A DNA stretch of 64,000 nt from assembly GCA_951406725.2 (NCBI GenBank), contig OX597814.1, positions 14,508,001 to 14,572,000 on the forward strand, written 5' to 3'. Source of the DNA: Octopus vulgaris. Taxonomy: Eukaryota. Of the stretch, positions 1 to 12,560 are shown in pieces. Position numbers and translations under genes: made by a program. The number at the start of each line of letters is the position of its first letter. Positions within the stretch are counted from its first letter, which is position 1. Below the pieces are notes generated by a model that saw nothing but the letters and a program-made list of their open reading frames with translations, was not told the origin of the DNA and did no database searches.

Positions 1-708
1 GCAACAAACGAGCCAGCAACAGAAAAAAAAGAATGTTTAAAAATACGATATTGTTTCTCAGCAGGAATTTACAATAAATTTTCCTCTGAACGAGAATATA
101 GTTAAAATCTCGATCCTACGTGGGGGCAGGGTGCAACAATAAAGCTACTACGGCTTATTAAAGTTCAATTTTTAAAACAAGGAAAAAGTATTTTTAACAA
201 AAAACATCGTTACCTTCCCTGCACCGGGAAGTGTCTTGTAGCGAAGCAAACACACGATTGAAAGTACTCTACAACCCGGAAGTGGAAGATAAGCAAGCTA
301 CTTGCCACGCAGCCATTCCTGCGCCAATATATGTGTATTAATTGTTATATTAGTAAAAGAAAAAATAAGTCGTAAATATATATTCACAAATATATTTTCT
401 CGTAAAATATTTGTGAATTTCTAGCTATTAGCGCTTTTGAGTTTGCCAGAGCTCATGATATTCCAGAAATTGGTCCTATAAAGCAAACGATTCGCTTCTC
501 TTTTTTTTTTTTTTACGAATAGATTCCCATTTTCTATTTCCTTATATTTCTAATTATCGTTAAAGAATTATAATTTATTGGACATTTAATAGAATTAAAA
601 GTAATAGAATAATGTTGTCCTAGATTAAAACACAAACATTTGTATATAAAATTCGAAAAAATTCCGAAAAAATTGGTAACAAAATTTCTTGACTACTTAA
701 ACATAATA

Positions 709-869
709 CAGTTCTATATTGAAGAGATGAGAAATTATGTACATTATTTACATTATTTACATTATTTAAATTCGACGGATATTTGTCCTCATCTTGTTTG
801 TTGTTAACACAGCCGAACACAGTGTTAACAGAAAATGTTCGTCGAATGTAAATAATGTAAATAATGTAC
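709..869. repeat. Small fold-back made of two inverted tail fragments of the HHR-SINE family
   Basis: 709-811 is the reverse complement of the tail seen at 27647-27730 (gtgttaacaac..aagatgaggacaaatatccgtc..tatagaactg). 810-869 is a degenerate + copy starting cagccgaa..gtgttaaca. Confidence 0.7.
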
Positions 870-1292
870 TTAAACATATTCCCATCTAATAGCGTTGTCT
901 AAAAATACTTTTGGTTTTGAGTATGATATCACAACTTCATTGCTAGATCGCACAAGCTTCGATCTAAGTCAATAAAATATAGTCAAAAGTAAGGATTCAG
1001 CTCGAGTTTTCACGCTAAAAAACATTTTCAGAATTATCGATTTCAGTCTATTTTAGAAAAAAGTTACGTGAATTGACTCTTTAGAGTATCTGACAAAATT
1101 CACTGCAGTTTTAGCTTGGACTCTCTGAATATAGTTACCACCGAGATCAATATAAATTACCAGCCATGTGTTAAAGACTTAATCGATTAACCACTTCACC
1201 AAATTTCCAGACTTATTATTACTATTATTATTATTATTATTATTGTTGTTGTTGTTGTTGTTGTTATTATTATTATCATTAATATCGTTATT

Positions 1293-1782
1293 GAGTGAGA
1301 GAGCAGTGCATGCCATCAAAGTGACACTGGGGTAAAATGTACACCAGGCACATGCATCACAACCATACGTGGGCGACATAGTGAGCTCATATCAAGATAA
1401 ATAGCGCATGACATTGCAGGTGGGGCCCAATTAGAATATTCTTAAGGTCCAGTTGTTGATCCCGCTCAAAAGGTCGCTTAATTTGGGTCGTTTAAGGATG
1501 TTGAACAAAACACCCATGTTTCCAAAGGTGAATTATCCAAACCACAAACAATTCCTCTCAATACATGGTTATGGTGATTCCCCACTATCCTTGCTTGTAA
1601 TCAGAGAGGCACATGCTCAAGTGGTTAAGGTGAAACAACAGACAAGCAAATCTGTGGTATTGAGCAGAATATTTGCTGTAGCCCATCTTTTATGCCAAGA
1701 CAAAACAGTGTACATGATAACACTTCCAGTCAGCTAACTATCAGAATCCAGGAGAGCCACTGACTGTTACTTCAACTTGACA
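1293..1782 (-). mobile_element. ~555-bp (AAT)n-associated interspersed repeat, diverged copy
   Basis: Reverse complement of 9570-10125 (gagtgagagagcagtgcatgccatcaaagtgacactgggg...), flanked by (TTA)n. Confidence 0.85.
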
Positions 1783-1802
1783 TTTATTATTATTATTATT
1801 AT

Positions 1803-1870
<68 letters not shown>

Positions 1871-1880
1871 ATAGTAATAT

Positions 1881-2075
1881 GGTGGCGAGCTGGCAGAATC
1901 GTTAGCACGCCGAGCGAAATGCTTAGCGGTAGTTTGACTGCCGTTAGGTTCTGAGTTCAAATTCCGCATAGGTCGACTTTACCTTTCATCCTTTCGAGAA
2001 GATAAATTAAGTGCCAGTTGTAATCGACACATCTCCTTACCTAAAATGGCTGCTCTTGTCATAAAATTTGAAACC
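1881..2075 (+). mobile_element. tRNA-derived SINE family B
   Basis: A-box-like tggcagaatcg, B-box gagttcaaattc and central gtcgactttacctttcatcctttcg, shared with several other copies in the window. Confidence 0.85.
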
Positions 2076-2269
2076 ATTATTCTCTTTGTTATTATCATTA
2101 TTTTTATTCATGTACACTTAACGGTTTAGAATGTTGAAAAGATAAGAATCCTAACATCGGGCTACAACAAGTAGCCGTAGATGTCAAGAACTCTCCTTTT
2201 GGGTAACAGCAAGTAACCTTAGATGCCAAGAAATTATCATTATTATTATTATTGTTGTTGTTGTCGTTG

Positions 2270-2477
2270 TTTATTGTCTTTGCACAGCTTCTATCGCTGG
2301 AGAGGTACTACGGTGCCAGCAGTTCACTAGCACCTAACTAAGGTAATGCCCCTCATTTTCGAGTACCATCCGGATTATTCGAGCGGTTCCAGGCAGTACT
2401 GTTTTCTGCGAGTGCTCCACCCTTATTGTACCCCCTATTCGTTCCATGTACTTCTCAGGAATTTTATTCACTGTTCC

Positions 2478-2478
<1 letters not shown>
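2270..2478 (-). mobile_element. 3' end of an R4/Dong-like (RLE) non-LTR retrotransposon
   Basis: ORF 2334..2585(-) contains IGTVNKIPEKYMERIG..EHSQKTVLPGTARIIRMVLE, resembling the RLE C-terminal motif (GALG..LQK.ALLGTARILR). Short 3' UTR, embedded in (AAT)n. Confidence 0.7.
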
Positions 2479-2519
<41 letters not shown>

Positions 2520-2536
2520 CATTATCATCATCATCA

Positions 2537-2578
<42 letters not shown>

Positions 2579-2579
<1 letters not shown>

Positions 2580-2790
2580 AGGCACTTGCTGGCAGAATCG
2601 TTAGCAGACAGGTTAGAAAGCTTACTAGCATCTCATCGGATTATTCTTTCTGAATTCAAAATTTGCCGAAGTCGATTTGAACTTTCATGCCATCGGGACC
2701 GATGAAATAGGTACCAGTTGGTCACTGGAGTCAATGTAATCGACCTACACCTCTCCCGAAACTATTGCCCTTCAGCCAAAATGTTAAACT
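2579..2790 (+). mobile_element. SINE family B, degenerate
   Basis: ctggcagaatcgttagca..ttctgaattcaaaatttgccgaagtcga..gtaccagtt. Confidence 0.7.
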
Positions 2791-3405
2791 ATTATTATTG
2801 TCTCCAACAACATGAGCATTACATTTTCGAACGACAGTAAGCGTACACATTTATGCTCCGGCAGTTTAATGCTGTTGTTTTAAGTTTGTTGCCGTCAGGA
2901 TTGCACATTCTGGTTTTATGAATTGCAACTCCACCACTACTCTCTGTCCCCAATACGATAACAGGACACATTTTTTATGTTATATACTTTTCACGCGATT
3001 ATTACATTAATGAGAGATGTCGTCAGAATGAGTTTTAATGCCTTTGTCCAAATCACACGGAAGTCAACTTTGCCTTTCTTATTTTCAGTGTCGTAAACAA
3101 CAAATTATCAATCCAAATCGTTAAACTTGCCATAAGGACTTCGGAACAAATAGCTAGCCGTCTTTGTCCCGGTTTTATGCATTCTGAGTTCAAATCCTGG
3201 CATGGCCTATTCGGGTGACAGACATTAATTTTAATAACCACCACTTACGCTCTTCAGTACATGTAGTGAAGCACATTGTTTTGTAAACATTCGAAATGGG
3301 TTTCCAGTTGAGAAAACTCTCCCCACCCCTTCTTTCGCCAGTTATGGGGGTTTTATTTCATGTTCTCGGCAGTGCCTTCCCACTTGAGTAAAAGAGAAAT
3401 AATAC

Positions 3406-3822
3406 ATATTTCTTTACAACCCACAAGGGGCTAAACACAGAGAGGGCAAACAAGGACAGACAAACGGATTAAGTCGATTATATCGACCCCAGTGCGTAAC
3501 TGGTACTTATTTAATCGACCCCGAAAGGATGAAAGGCAAAGTCGACCTCGGCGGAATTTGAACTCAGAAAGTAGCGGCAGACGAAATACCTATTTCTTTA
3601 CTAACCAGAAGGGATTAAACGCAGAGAGGACAAACAGGGACAGAGAAACGGATTAAGTCGATTACATCGACCCCAGTGATAACTGGTACTTAATTTATCG
3701 ACCCCGAAAGGATGAAAGGCAAAGTCGACCTCGGCGAAATTTGAACTCAGAACGTAACGGCAGACGAAATACCGCCAAGCATTTCGCCCGGTGTCCTAAC
3801 GTTTCTGCCAGCTCGCCGCCTT
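3406..3822 (-). mobile_element. SINE family B, internally duplicated (about 1.7-mer) subfamily with 17-bp TSD
   Basis: Two tandem units. taaaagagaaataatac occurs at 3389-3405 and 3823-3839. Confidence 0.9.
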
Positions 3823-4623
3823 TAAAAGAGAAATAATACCCTTAGGTCGTTCTGGCAGTGTTGATGCTGCTTTTCTTTCTGTCAACTTTTCTTACACCAT
3901 TGTTGTCGCACTTGGTTTCACTGTTGTATATACGCTATCTCTGCTGCTCTAATTGTTGTTGTTATTGTTTCTATTCTGCTGCTACATTTGCTGATATCGT
4001 TATTGGGAAAATTTCAGATTAAAGTATCATTGCTATCGTTTCAAGCAACTTCACCGTTAGTAAACTCGTTATCAGAAGAGCTCTTATCTTCAGTACTTTA
4101 TTACTGATGTTCTCGTTGTTGGTGGTGGTGGTGGTGGATATGGTGGTGGGGTGGAGCTGGTGTTGATGATTAGGTAGTTGTTAATGTTAATAACGTAGCG
4201 GTTGTATTTCATTCTTCAACGATGTGGGCATCTCTGTTTTATTTTAACAGCAGTGTCGTTGATAATTTGTTTCCTTGAATAAGTTTGATGTTAGTGGACT
4301 GTCTACCATTGCTACCTTAAACGCTTTCACCCAACAACGTCTGCGGTAAAAGTGGCAAAGAAAGCAATCATCTATGTTATCACGCTTAGCCATGCGAAGA
4401 GAGAGAAAAGAAAGACATTTAATTTCCCATGCTTAGAGATTTCTATATCCCGAAAATCAAATTAGAATTTCTCACCTTCTTATCCCTGAGAGGTTCAATT
4501 ATAATCAATGGTACTCTTGCTGCTCTGATAGTCTAAATTCACAGAAGATCAAAACTATGGAGACATAATTATAAGTACAGTAACAACAGTTACAAAAACA
4601 ACAGCAACAACGACAACAACATG

Positions 4624-4691
<68 letters not shown>

Positions 4692-5228
4692 CATCATCAT
4701 CACCATCGTCATCATCAATCAATTGGACGTTAAGAGAATTAACAATATGAGAGAAGAAGACAAGAAGTACAATAATTGGATTTAGAGAATACATATAAAA
4801 TCTAACACTGAGTTTATATTTCTCATAAATAAAAGGACGTCGAGGGCTTTTATAACAGGAATATCATTACAAAATATATAGTGTATATATACCAGGAAAA
4901 ATACTAGAAAAGTAATACAAACAGATGCAAAACTCCAACAAAAAATCAAAACAGCGTTCTTTGCCTTCAAGTAATCTATCAAGTATAAGACAAGGACAGT
5001 GGTAACAGATAGTTGAAAGCAGAATTGAGGAGTAAAGACACGAACAAAAAAAAATGATAAATAGATTAAAAAAATCCAGCTAAAAATTCATTCAGGGATA
5101 ATAAGATAAATGATGGTAGGAAAATCTCATTTCTGGCCATTATCAGCACTTACACGCCCCACCCAACCCACAAATAAACTAATAACAATAATAATAATAA
5201 TAATGACAATAATAACAATCATGAAATT

Positions 5229-5760
5229 CCCTGTTGCAGTACAAGGCTGTATTTCTCTTGGCTTCTGATTTTAACTGATTGGAAGTGTTATCAAGTACAT
5301 TACTTTGTCTTGGCATAAAAGATTGGCTACAGCAAATATTCTGCTCAATACCACAGATTTGCTTGTCAGTTGTTTGACTTTAACCAGTCGACCATGCTCC
5401 TTAGTGGCTGACGATATGTGCATCTCTGATCACGAGATAGACGTAATGTGGTGGTGGGGGGGGGCATCATAGCTATATGTTGAAATGAATTGTTTGGTGT
5501 TTGGATAATTCACTTTGGGAACACAGGTGTTTCCTTCAATAACCTTTTGAGCAGGATGGGCTTCTAGACATGAGGAAAATTCTAACTGGGCCATACCTGC
5601 AAAGTCATGTACTATTTATCTTGATATGAGATCACTATGTCGCGCACATATGCTCCTGATACATGTGTCTGGTGTACTCTTATTAGAACAGTAGTCATGA
5701 TGGTTATACTGGACCTCATATATTTTCCCCAGCGTCACTGATGGCAGGCACTGATCTCTG
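5229..5760 (+). mobile_element. ~555-bp (AAT)n-associated repeat, diverged
   Basis: Colinear with 9570-10125. A further 5' fragment lies at ~5840-5915. Confidence 0.85.
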
Positions 5761-5783
5761 ATTTATATTATTAATAATAATAA

Positions 5784-5842
<59 letters not shown>

Positions 5843-5919
5843 CCATTATACAGTACCAGACAGTGGCTCTCGTGGATTCTGATTTTATCTAATTGGAAGT
5901 ATTATCATATATTAGTTTT

Positions 5920-8610
5920 GCAGAGTTCAAAATGAAATACGATATGTAGAAATTTCAAATTAAAGAAATTCAGAATCAAAATTTGAACGAGAGAAACCAG
6001 CGTCCCCACGTTGAATTTTCAAGTTTACAACTAGATAAAAGTAAAGGAAAAGGAAGAATCTACTTAATCAAACGGTTTTGTTTAAATACGGTGAAATTCC
6101 ACTGTTATCTTGTTCATCCTTTCAGGGCGTGATGTTAATAACTCACAAACATATTTTCTCTGCGTGTATTTTGAGATGTGAAAGTGTAGCAGGTTCAGAA
6201 TAATTTCTGAGAATATGCACGTTCAAGTCTTTTTCAAAATTGCAGCCGTTTGGTGTAAAATGCTCTGCAAGTTCTGTCGAACTAGTGTTATTGTGCGTGA
6301 CGTTATATGTGTGCCCATTGAATCTTTTGTTTAGTCGTTCAACCAACATAAATCAAGTTGTGTTTGCTGTGTTCACCAACTGGGAATCTCTGTACGTCTC
6401 ACCTTCCGTGTAAAATCGTAGCATTTGTTATAATTCCGGATGGAATTGATTTGATTCATGCTGTTTCTCAATGAACAGAGATTACCTTTCTTGCAGCTAT
6501 TTTTCAAGCTTACAGAGACTCCATTGTTAGTTCTTTTGGAGTCAGAAGTAGAGGTTAATAGTTCTCATATTTTTATTCCATCTCAAGTCCATAATAGGCG
6601 GCTGAGGAAATTTGTTTTTGAAACGAGCATGCTTCTCAGTAATAAGCTGGTAACTTTCAAGTAATAATTTTGGGATGTCATCGAAATTTCGGAGCCAATT
6701 AATCACTAAAGGAATTTTGTCACATATTGTATTTTGTTTGCTAAATAATGCGCGAAAGTTTGGCTTTCCTTGCTAATCTTAGCTATGCCATTTGCAATTT
6801 CCTTTTAATCGTGATTCGCTATAACCGCGTTTGACGTAATGGTGTACATAAGTATTTGCATGTTTCCAGTAATCCCCTATATCAGTACAAATCCGTTTAA
6901 TCCTCAAAAATTGGGATTTCGAATTTGACCGAATTACACGATGTGGATGGTGGAGTTAAATGCAGGATGACGTGGGCTTGCAAAATAACCCTGTGGCTAT
7001 TTTGCTTCCAGAAAACTTAACTTTAATATTCGGACTGATAATTACATTGCAATGTCACTTATCGCTGCTTAGCGCTCCCACTTCGTGACTTAACTTTTGT
7101 GTCAAAAACTTCAACGCTAGTTATTGATAACGTGGACATAAATTTTAGGTTGGACAGTCACAGAAATGCAAGAGGTCAATTAAACTATCTTATGAACCCT
7201 CCCAAACAAAAAAGACAGCATCAATGAACCATAACAAGAGTATTCGTTCATGACTATGTAAGGATTTGAGTGCCTGCAATAACTGTGTCTCGAATTTCGT
7301 CATGAAGACATTAGCGAAATTAACTGCCGTGAGGGTACCGATGCCGCAACCCTTCGTCTGGTGGTAAAAAGGTTTGTCCAAAATTCATTGTATTACATTG
7401 TAACACAACCTCAATAGCCTACAGAGAGAATTCGGTGGAATACTTTTGTTTGACTGCTTCGCGTAGACATTCATGCATGCTTATACCCCTTCGTTGTGGT
7501 CAGTATTGGGATATAAAGAGGAAGCATACACGGTTACCCAAAAAACAGTTTTGGACATTGCTTCGTTGCTCAAAAATGTTGATTTAAGGCACAAATCAAA
7601 AGTATTCCGAATATACAAACTTGATATTTTGGCGACAGAAAGTAGAAAGCCATCCAACCACTCCAAAATTCTGGCTGTACAACATTCATATCCACTGAAA
7701 GTTGGACAGCATTGGATGAAATCTTTTGAACTTTCTGTGTATTCTGTGGAGAACATAAAATACAGGTATTCTTTCTGACCGTAAAATCCTAGATTCAGCT
7801 TTATTAAAGAAAGTGTTTTCCTTCATTTCCAGGATTATTTTGTCAGGTTCCTCTCTATAATTAGGGTTTGAATCGACAGTTAATTCTTGATATGGACTTT
7901 TGTCACTTAAAACTTCTTCACAAGTCAGAATATACTCACTTTTGATCATAATTACAATGGCACCTCCTTTTAATAACAATAGAAACATTATTAGCTAGAC
8001 GAAGGATTGCGTAATGCTGGGAATATGTGAGGTTATTCCAGGAGTTCTTTCCACTTGTTTTAAGGCTTTTCCTGATGCCTGTCCGACAAGATTCGAGAAA
8101 TTCCTGTAGTGCTTGCAAACGTACATCTCGAACTTTATTCGATTACTAATTGGGATTATTTCCAATAGATTTATGCTAGATTCGATCATCATCATTTTTA
8201 TTTTCAGTAAGCATAGGGTTTTCTGATTCCTCGTTACCATATTTTTCAAAAACATATTTCTTCACCTTGTGAAGGGAGAGAAACTTAAATAGCCCTTGAG
8301 CTAGTTTATTCTTGTCGAAATTCTCAGTGCTTCGGCAGAAACTCAGTCCAAGCTCTGAAACAGAGATATCGTCTCGTGAAAGTTTTACTTTCGATAAATT
8401 TATGACCGTCTTATTCTCGAGTGTGATGGATCTTCTTGGTCAAGTATTTTTCAGAGTTTTACTTTCATTAGATTCCGTTTTGGGCGTTGCTGGAAGTCTT
8501 CACTTAAAACATGGAAGCTATCATGTGATCAATATTGTTCTGAATTTTCATGTGAGGAGTCATAACTTTCAGTCGTCTTTCTAGGAGTAATCCACTTCTG
8601 CGTGGGTGAC
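5920..8610 (-). pseudogene. Decayed Penelope-like retroelement (RT + GIY-YIG endonuclease)
   Basis: Minus-strand fragments in PLE order: TVINLSKVKLSRDDISVSELGLSFC (~8410-8335), KGGAIVIMIKSEY, YHQTKGCGIGTLTAVNFANVFM..WFIDAVF (RT Q..G..MG and YIDD-like), LNKRFNGH..LAEHF (GIY-YIG C-terminus). Many stops and frameshifts; boundaries approximate. Confidence 0.85.
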
Positions 8611-8639
8611 AGAAAGAGAGTGACCGGAAATTGAAGTAT

Positions 8640-8826
8640 TAAAGATGGGTAACATAAAGGTGCAAACAATACTAAAAATAATTGGAGCATTGAGAATGAT
8701 CAAAAGAAAAACATATGTGAAAAACGTAGAAGGTATACCTGGATTATCAGCGTTACACATTAACCAAAAAAAATAGCTCTACTAGGAAAAGCCCACATCC
8801 TTCTCAATACTCTATCACTTCAATAA
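8640..8826 (+). mobile_element. RLE C-terminal fragment of an R4/Dong-like element
   Basis: Translates IIGALRMIKR ... KIALLGKAHILLNTLSLQ*. Confidence 0.65.
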
Positions 8827-9151
8827 TGCAAACCACACAAATCAATCCACAAACACAAGACGCACTCTATATAGCAAATATTCAATAAAATAAGCAACCA
8901 CCAGCAGGCCGATTATCCAACGCATTACACATACAGCAAACAAAACAAATACTAATACAAAAAACTGTACCAGACACCATTAAAAAGAAACTAGCGCAAT
9001 ACAATACCTTGAAGAATTTGCAGTCTCGCAACAACAAAATAGAACACACACTTCTGCACAAACCCCAGCAACAAGGTGGTGTAGCAGGTGATGCAGTAAA
9101 GATTTGCCTGGAACTTTTGGTAAATGCTTAATAATAATAATAATAATGATG

Positions 9152-9213
<62 letters not shown>

Positions 9214-9214
9214 C

Positions 9215-9410
9215 CTTTCTGTTATAGGCATAAGGCTTGAATTTGTAGGGGATGGGTGGTAGTGGAACGTGTTGGAGAAAGTGTTAGTGCACAACTGATA
9301 TTTATTCTATCGACCCTGAAAGCATTAAAACTAAAGGCCACCTCAGCGGAATTTGAACTTAGAACGCAAAGACGAACGAAACGCGCTAACGATTCTGCTA
9401 GCTCAACGCC
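9215..9410 (-). mobile_element. SINE family B
   Basis: Matches other minus copies: atcgaccctgaaag..gcggaatttgaact..cgctaacgattctgc. Confidence 0.75.
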
Positions 9411-9480
9411 TAATACAACAAAAACAACTATTAGAACAACAACTACTACTACTACCACGACTACTGATAATAATGATAAT

Positions 9481-9569
<89 letters not shown>

Positions 9570-9571
<2 letters not shown>

Positions 9572-10125
9572 GCCCTGATGCAGTACCAGACAGTGGCTCT
9601 CATGGCTTCTGATCTTAACTGATTGGAAGTGTTATCATGTACATTGTTTTGTCTTGGTATAAAAGATGGGCTACAGCAAATATTCTGCTCAATACCACAG
9701 ATTTGCTTGTCAGTTGTTTGACCTTAACCAGTTGAGCATGTCCCTTAGTGGCTGACGATATGTGCATCTCTGATCACGAGCAGAAGTAGTGGGGGAGCAT
9801 CATAGCCATGTGTTGAGATGGATTCTTTGGGGTTTGAATAGTTCACCTCTGGAAACATGGGTGGTTCTTTCAACATCCTTAAGCAACCCTTATTCAGGGA
9901 CCGTTTGAGCGGGATGGGCTACTCAACCTGAAGAAAATTCTAACTGGGCCCCACCTGCAAGGTCATGTGCTGTTTATCTTGATATGAGATCACCATGTCG
10001 CGCACATATGGTTGTGATGCATGTGCCTGGTGTACCTTTATCAGACGGGTAGTCATGATGGGTATATTGGGCTTCGTATATTTTACCCCAGTGTCACTTT
10101 GAAGGCATGAACTGCTCTCTCACTC
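9570..10125 (+). mobile_element. ~555-bp (AAT)n-associated repeat, best-preserved copy
   Basis: Runs from atgccctgatgcagtacc to ctgctctctcactc with (AAT)n on both sides. Highly similar to 18471-19026. Confidence 0.9.
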
Positions 10126-10159
<34 letters not shown>

Positions 10160-10377
10160 CTTCCAAATTTTGCCACGAGGGCAATGATTTGGTGGGGAGA
10201 GTATAAGTCGATTACATCGGCCCCAGTGTTTCACGGGTACTTAATTTATCAACCCCGGCCCGAAACGAATGAAAGGCAAAGCAGACCTCGACGAAATTTG
10301 AAATCAGAACGTAGCGACAGACGAAATACTGCTAATCATTTCGCCCGGCGTGCTAACGATTCTGCCAGTTTTCCGCC
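10160..10377 (-). mobile_element. SINE family B
   Basis: gaaaggcaaagcagacctcgacgaaatttgaaatcagaacgtagcgacagacgaaatac..cgtgctaacgattctgccag. Confidence 0.85.
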
Positions 10378-10443
10378 TGATGATGGTGATGATGATGATG
10401 ATGATGATGATGATAATGATGATGATGATAGTACTACTACTAC

Positions 10444-10487
<44 letters not shown>

Positions 10488-10493
10488 TTAATA

Positions 10494-10528
<35 letters not shown>

Positions 10529-10874
10529 AATAATAATAATGTGTGGAACATATACATTCAAGAGTCACAACTAAAACTGGATATCGTTTTTTTTACTGTT
10601 TTTGTTTCTTTTTTGATTTTCGCAAAAATAATTAAATCCTTCCAACGAGAAACACCTAAGTTTTGCAATGAAGCATAATATTAATAGAAACAACTGGACC
10701 GACTTTTCCCATGTGTAAATATATGTAGAGTCGATGGAAACTATGCCAGCGTCACGAAATGTCAACTGGAAAGCAAAAGCGATAAACAAACACCAGACTG
10801 TTCCAGAAACTACATTGAGCAAATAGTGCAGTATTTCTATGATCCAGTCTGTCTATGTTTAACTGTTAGTATAT

Positions 10875-11710
10875 ACTCTTTACTCTTTTACTCTTTTACA
10901 TGTTTCAGTCATTTGACTGCGGTCATGTTGGAGCACTGCCTTTAGTCGAGCAAATCGACCCCAGGACTTATTCTTTTTTAAGCCCAGTACTTATTCTATC
11001 GGTCTCTTTTGCCGAACCGCTAGGTGACGGGGACGCAAACACACCAGCATCGGTTGTCAAGCAATGCTAGGGGGACAAACACAGACACACAAACATATAC
11101 ACACACACTGATATATATATACATATATACGACAGGCTTCTTTCAGTTTCCGTCTACCAAATCCACTCACAAGGCATTGGTCGGCCCGGGGCTATAGCAG
11201 AAGACACTTGCCCAAGATGCCACGCAGTGGGACTGAATCCGGAACCATGTGATTGGTTAGCAAGCTACTTACCACACAGTCACTCCTGCGCCTATACTCT
11301 TTACTCTTTTACTCTTTTACATGTTTCAGTCATTTGACTGCGGTCATGCTGGAGCACCGCCTATAGTCGAGCAAATCGACCCCAGGACTTATTCTTTGTA
11401 AGCCCAGTACTTATTCTATCGGTCTCTTTTGCCGAACCGCTAAGTGACGGGGACGTAAACACACCAGCATCGGTTGTCAAGCAATGCTAGGGGGACAAAC
11501 ATAGACACACAATCACATACACATACATACATATACATACATATATATACATATATACGACAGGCTTCTTTCAGTTTCCGTCTACCAAATCCACTCACAA
11601 GGCATTGGTCGCCCCGGGGCTATAGCAGAAGACACTTGCCCAAGATGCCACGCAGTGGGACTGAACCCGGAACCATGTGGTTGGTTAGCAAGCTACTTAC
11701 CACACAGCCA
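10875..11710 (-). mobile_element. Two head-to-tail copies of tRNA-derived SINE family C (CORE-like centre)
   Basis: Near-identical units at 10875-11293 and 11295-11710. Head tggctgtgtggtaagtagc..ggttcagtccc, CORE-like cttgggcaagtgtcttc, internal (TA/CA)n, tail (AAAGAGTA)n. Confidence 0.9.
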
Positions 11711-12129
11711 CTTTTTGTTGTTAAAACCAAATCTGGTAATGAACGCTGAGCTTCACGATCAAAATAATCAATCTATGCTTATTTTATCTCTGTCTTCAAT
11801 ACTCAGTCCAGGAATATATATGGCCTTCCTTAAGACAGTACGATAATTTTAGAACGATTTGGTTGCTATTTCTTTCATAGACAAACCATAGATTAAAAGC
11901 GGATTGAAGACATGCATATGCCATGATGGATTGTTTATGAGTAAACAACTAGTTTCTTTGTATTGACGACGTCAAGTGCGTGTTTGTGCTTTCAAATATA
12001 GTTCTGCACCATTTTACTTTCTTGTTTTTATTTTATTGCGTTGGAATTGATAGATGTGTTGTATATAATTCTTAGACGCATTAACTTTTCTGTTTATGCA
12101 GTGTTTAAGTTGCGGATGTGTGGGTTTCG

Positions 12130-12560
12130 TTGTACTTGATGTTGGTCGACTTTCGTAGGTGTTACTAGAATTCAGGGTTGCGCCATCTCACAGAATAGTA
12201 TATGTATTTACCGTGTTGGGTTGTAATATCGATCTCATGCAGGATGAAGTTTTCTCTTTTCATAAGTCTGATATTTGGCCTCAATATTATAATGTATCTA
12301 CATTTTTGTATTTTGTTTCTGTAATGTGCTTATATTTTATATATGGATGCAATGTTTTAATGTTGATATTTGGTCCAGGACCATAAATATCAGAAGATAT
12401 GTTATAGTGATATTTTTGTTGCTTTGTAACATGGCGTTTCTTTAAGTGAGTTTTCCATGTTGTGTGTTGTCAGAGTGCGTGGCGTTTGGATGACTTTACA
12501 TTTCTGCACATTTGGACTTCCATTTCATGAATAGCTGTCACTTTCAAATTGTTACCATTC
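12130..12560 (-). mobile_element. Possible highly decayed Penelope-like endonuclease region
   Basis: Minus strand reads WKTHLKKRHVTKQQKYHYN.., weakly resembling GIY-YIG C-terminal segments of PLEs. Boundaries approximate. Confidence 0.3.
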
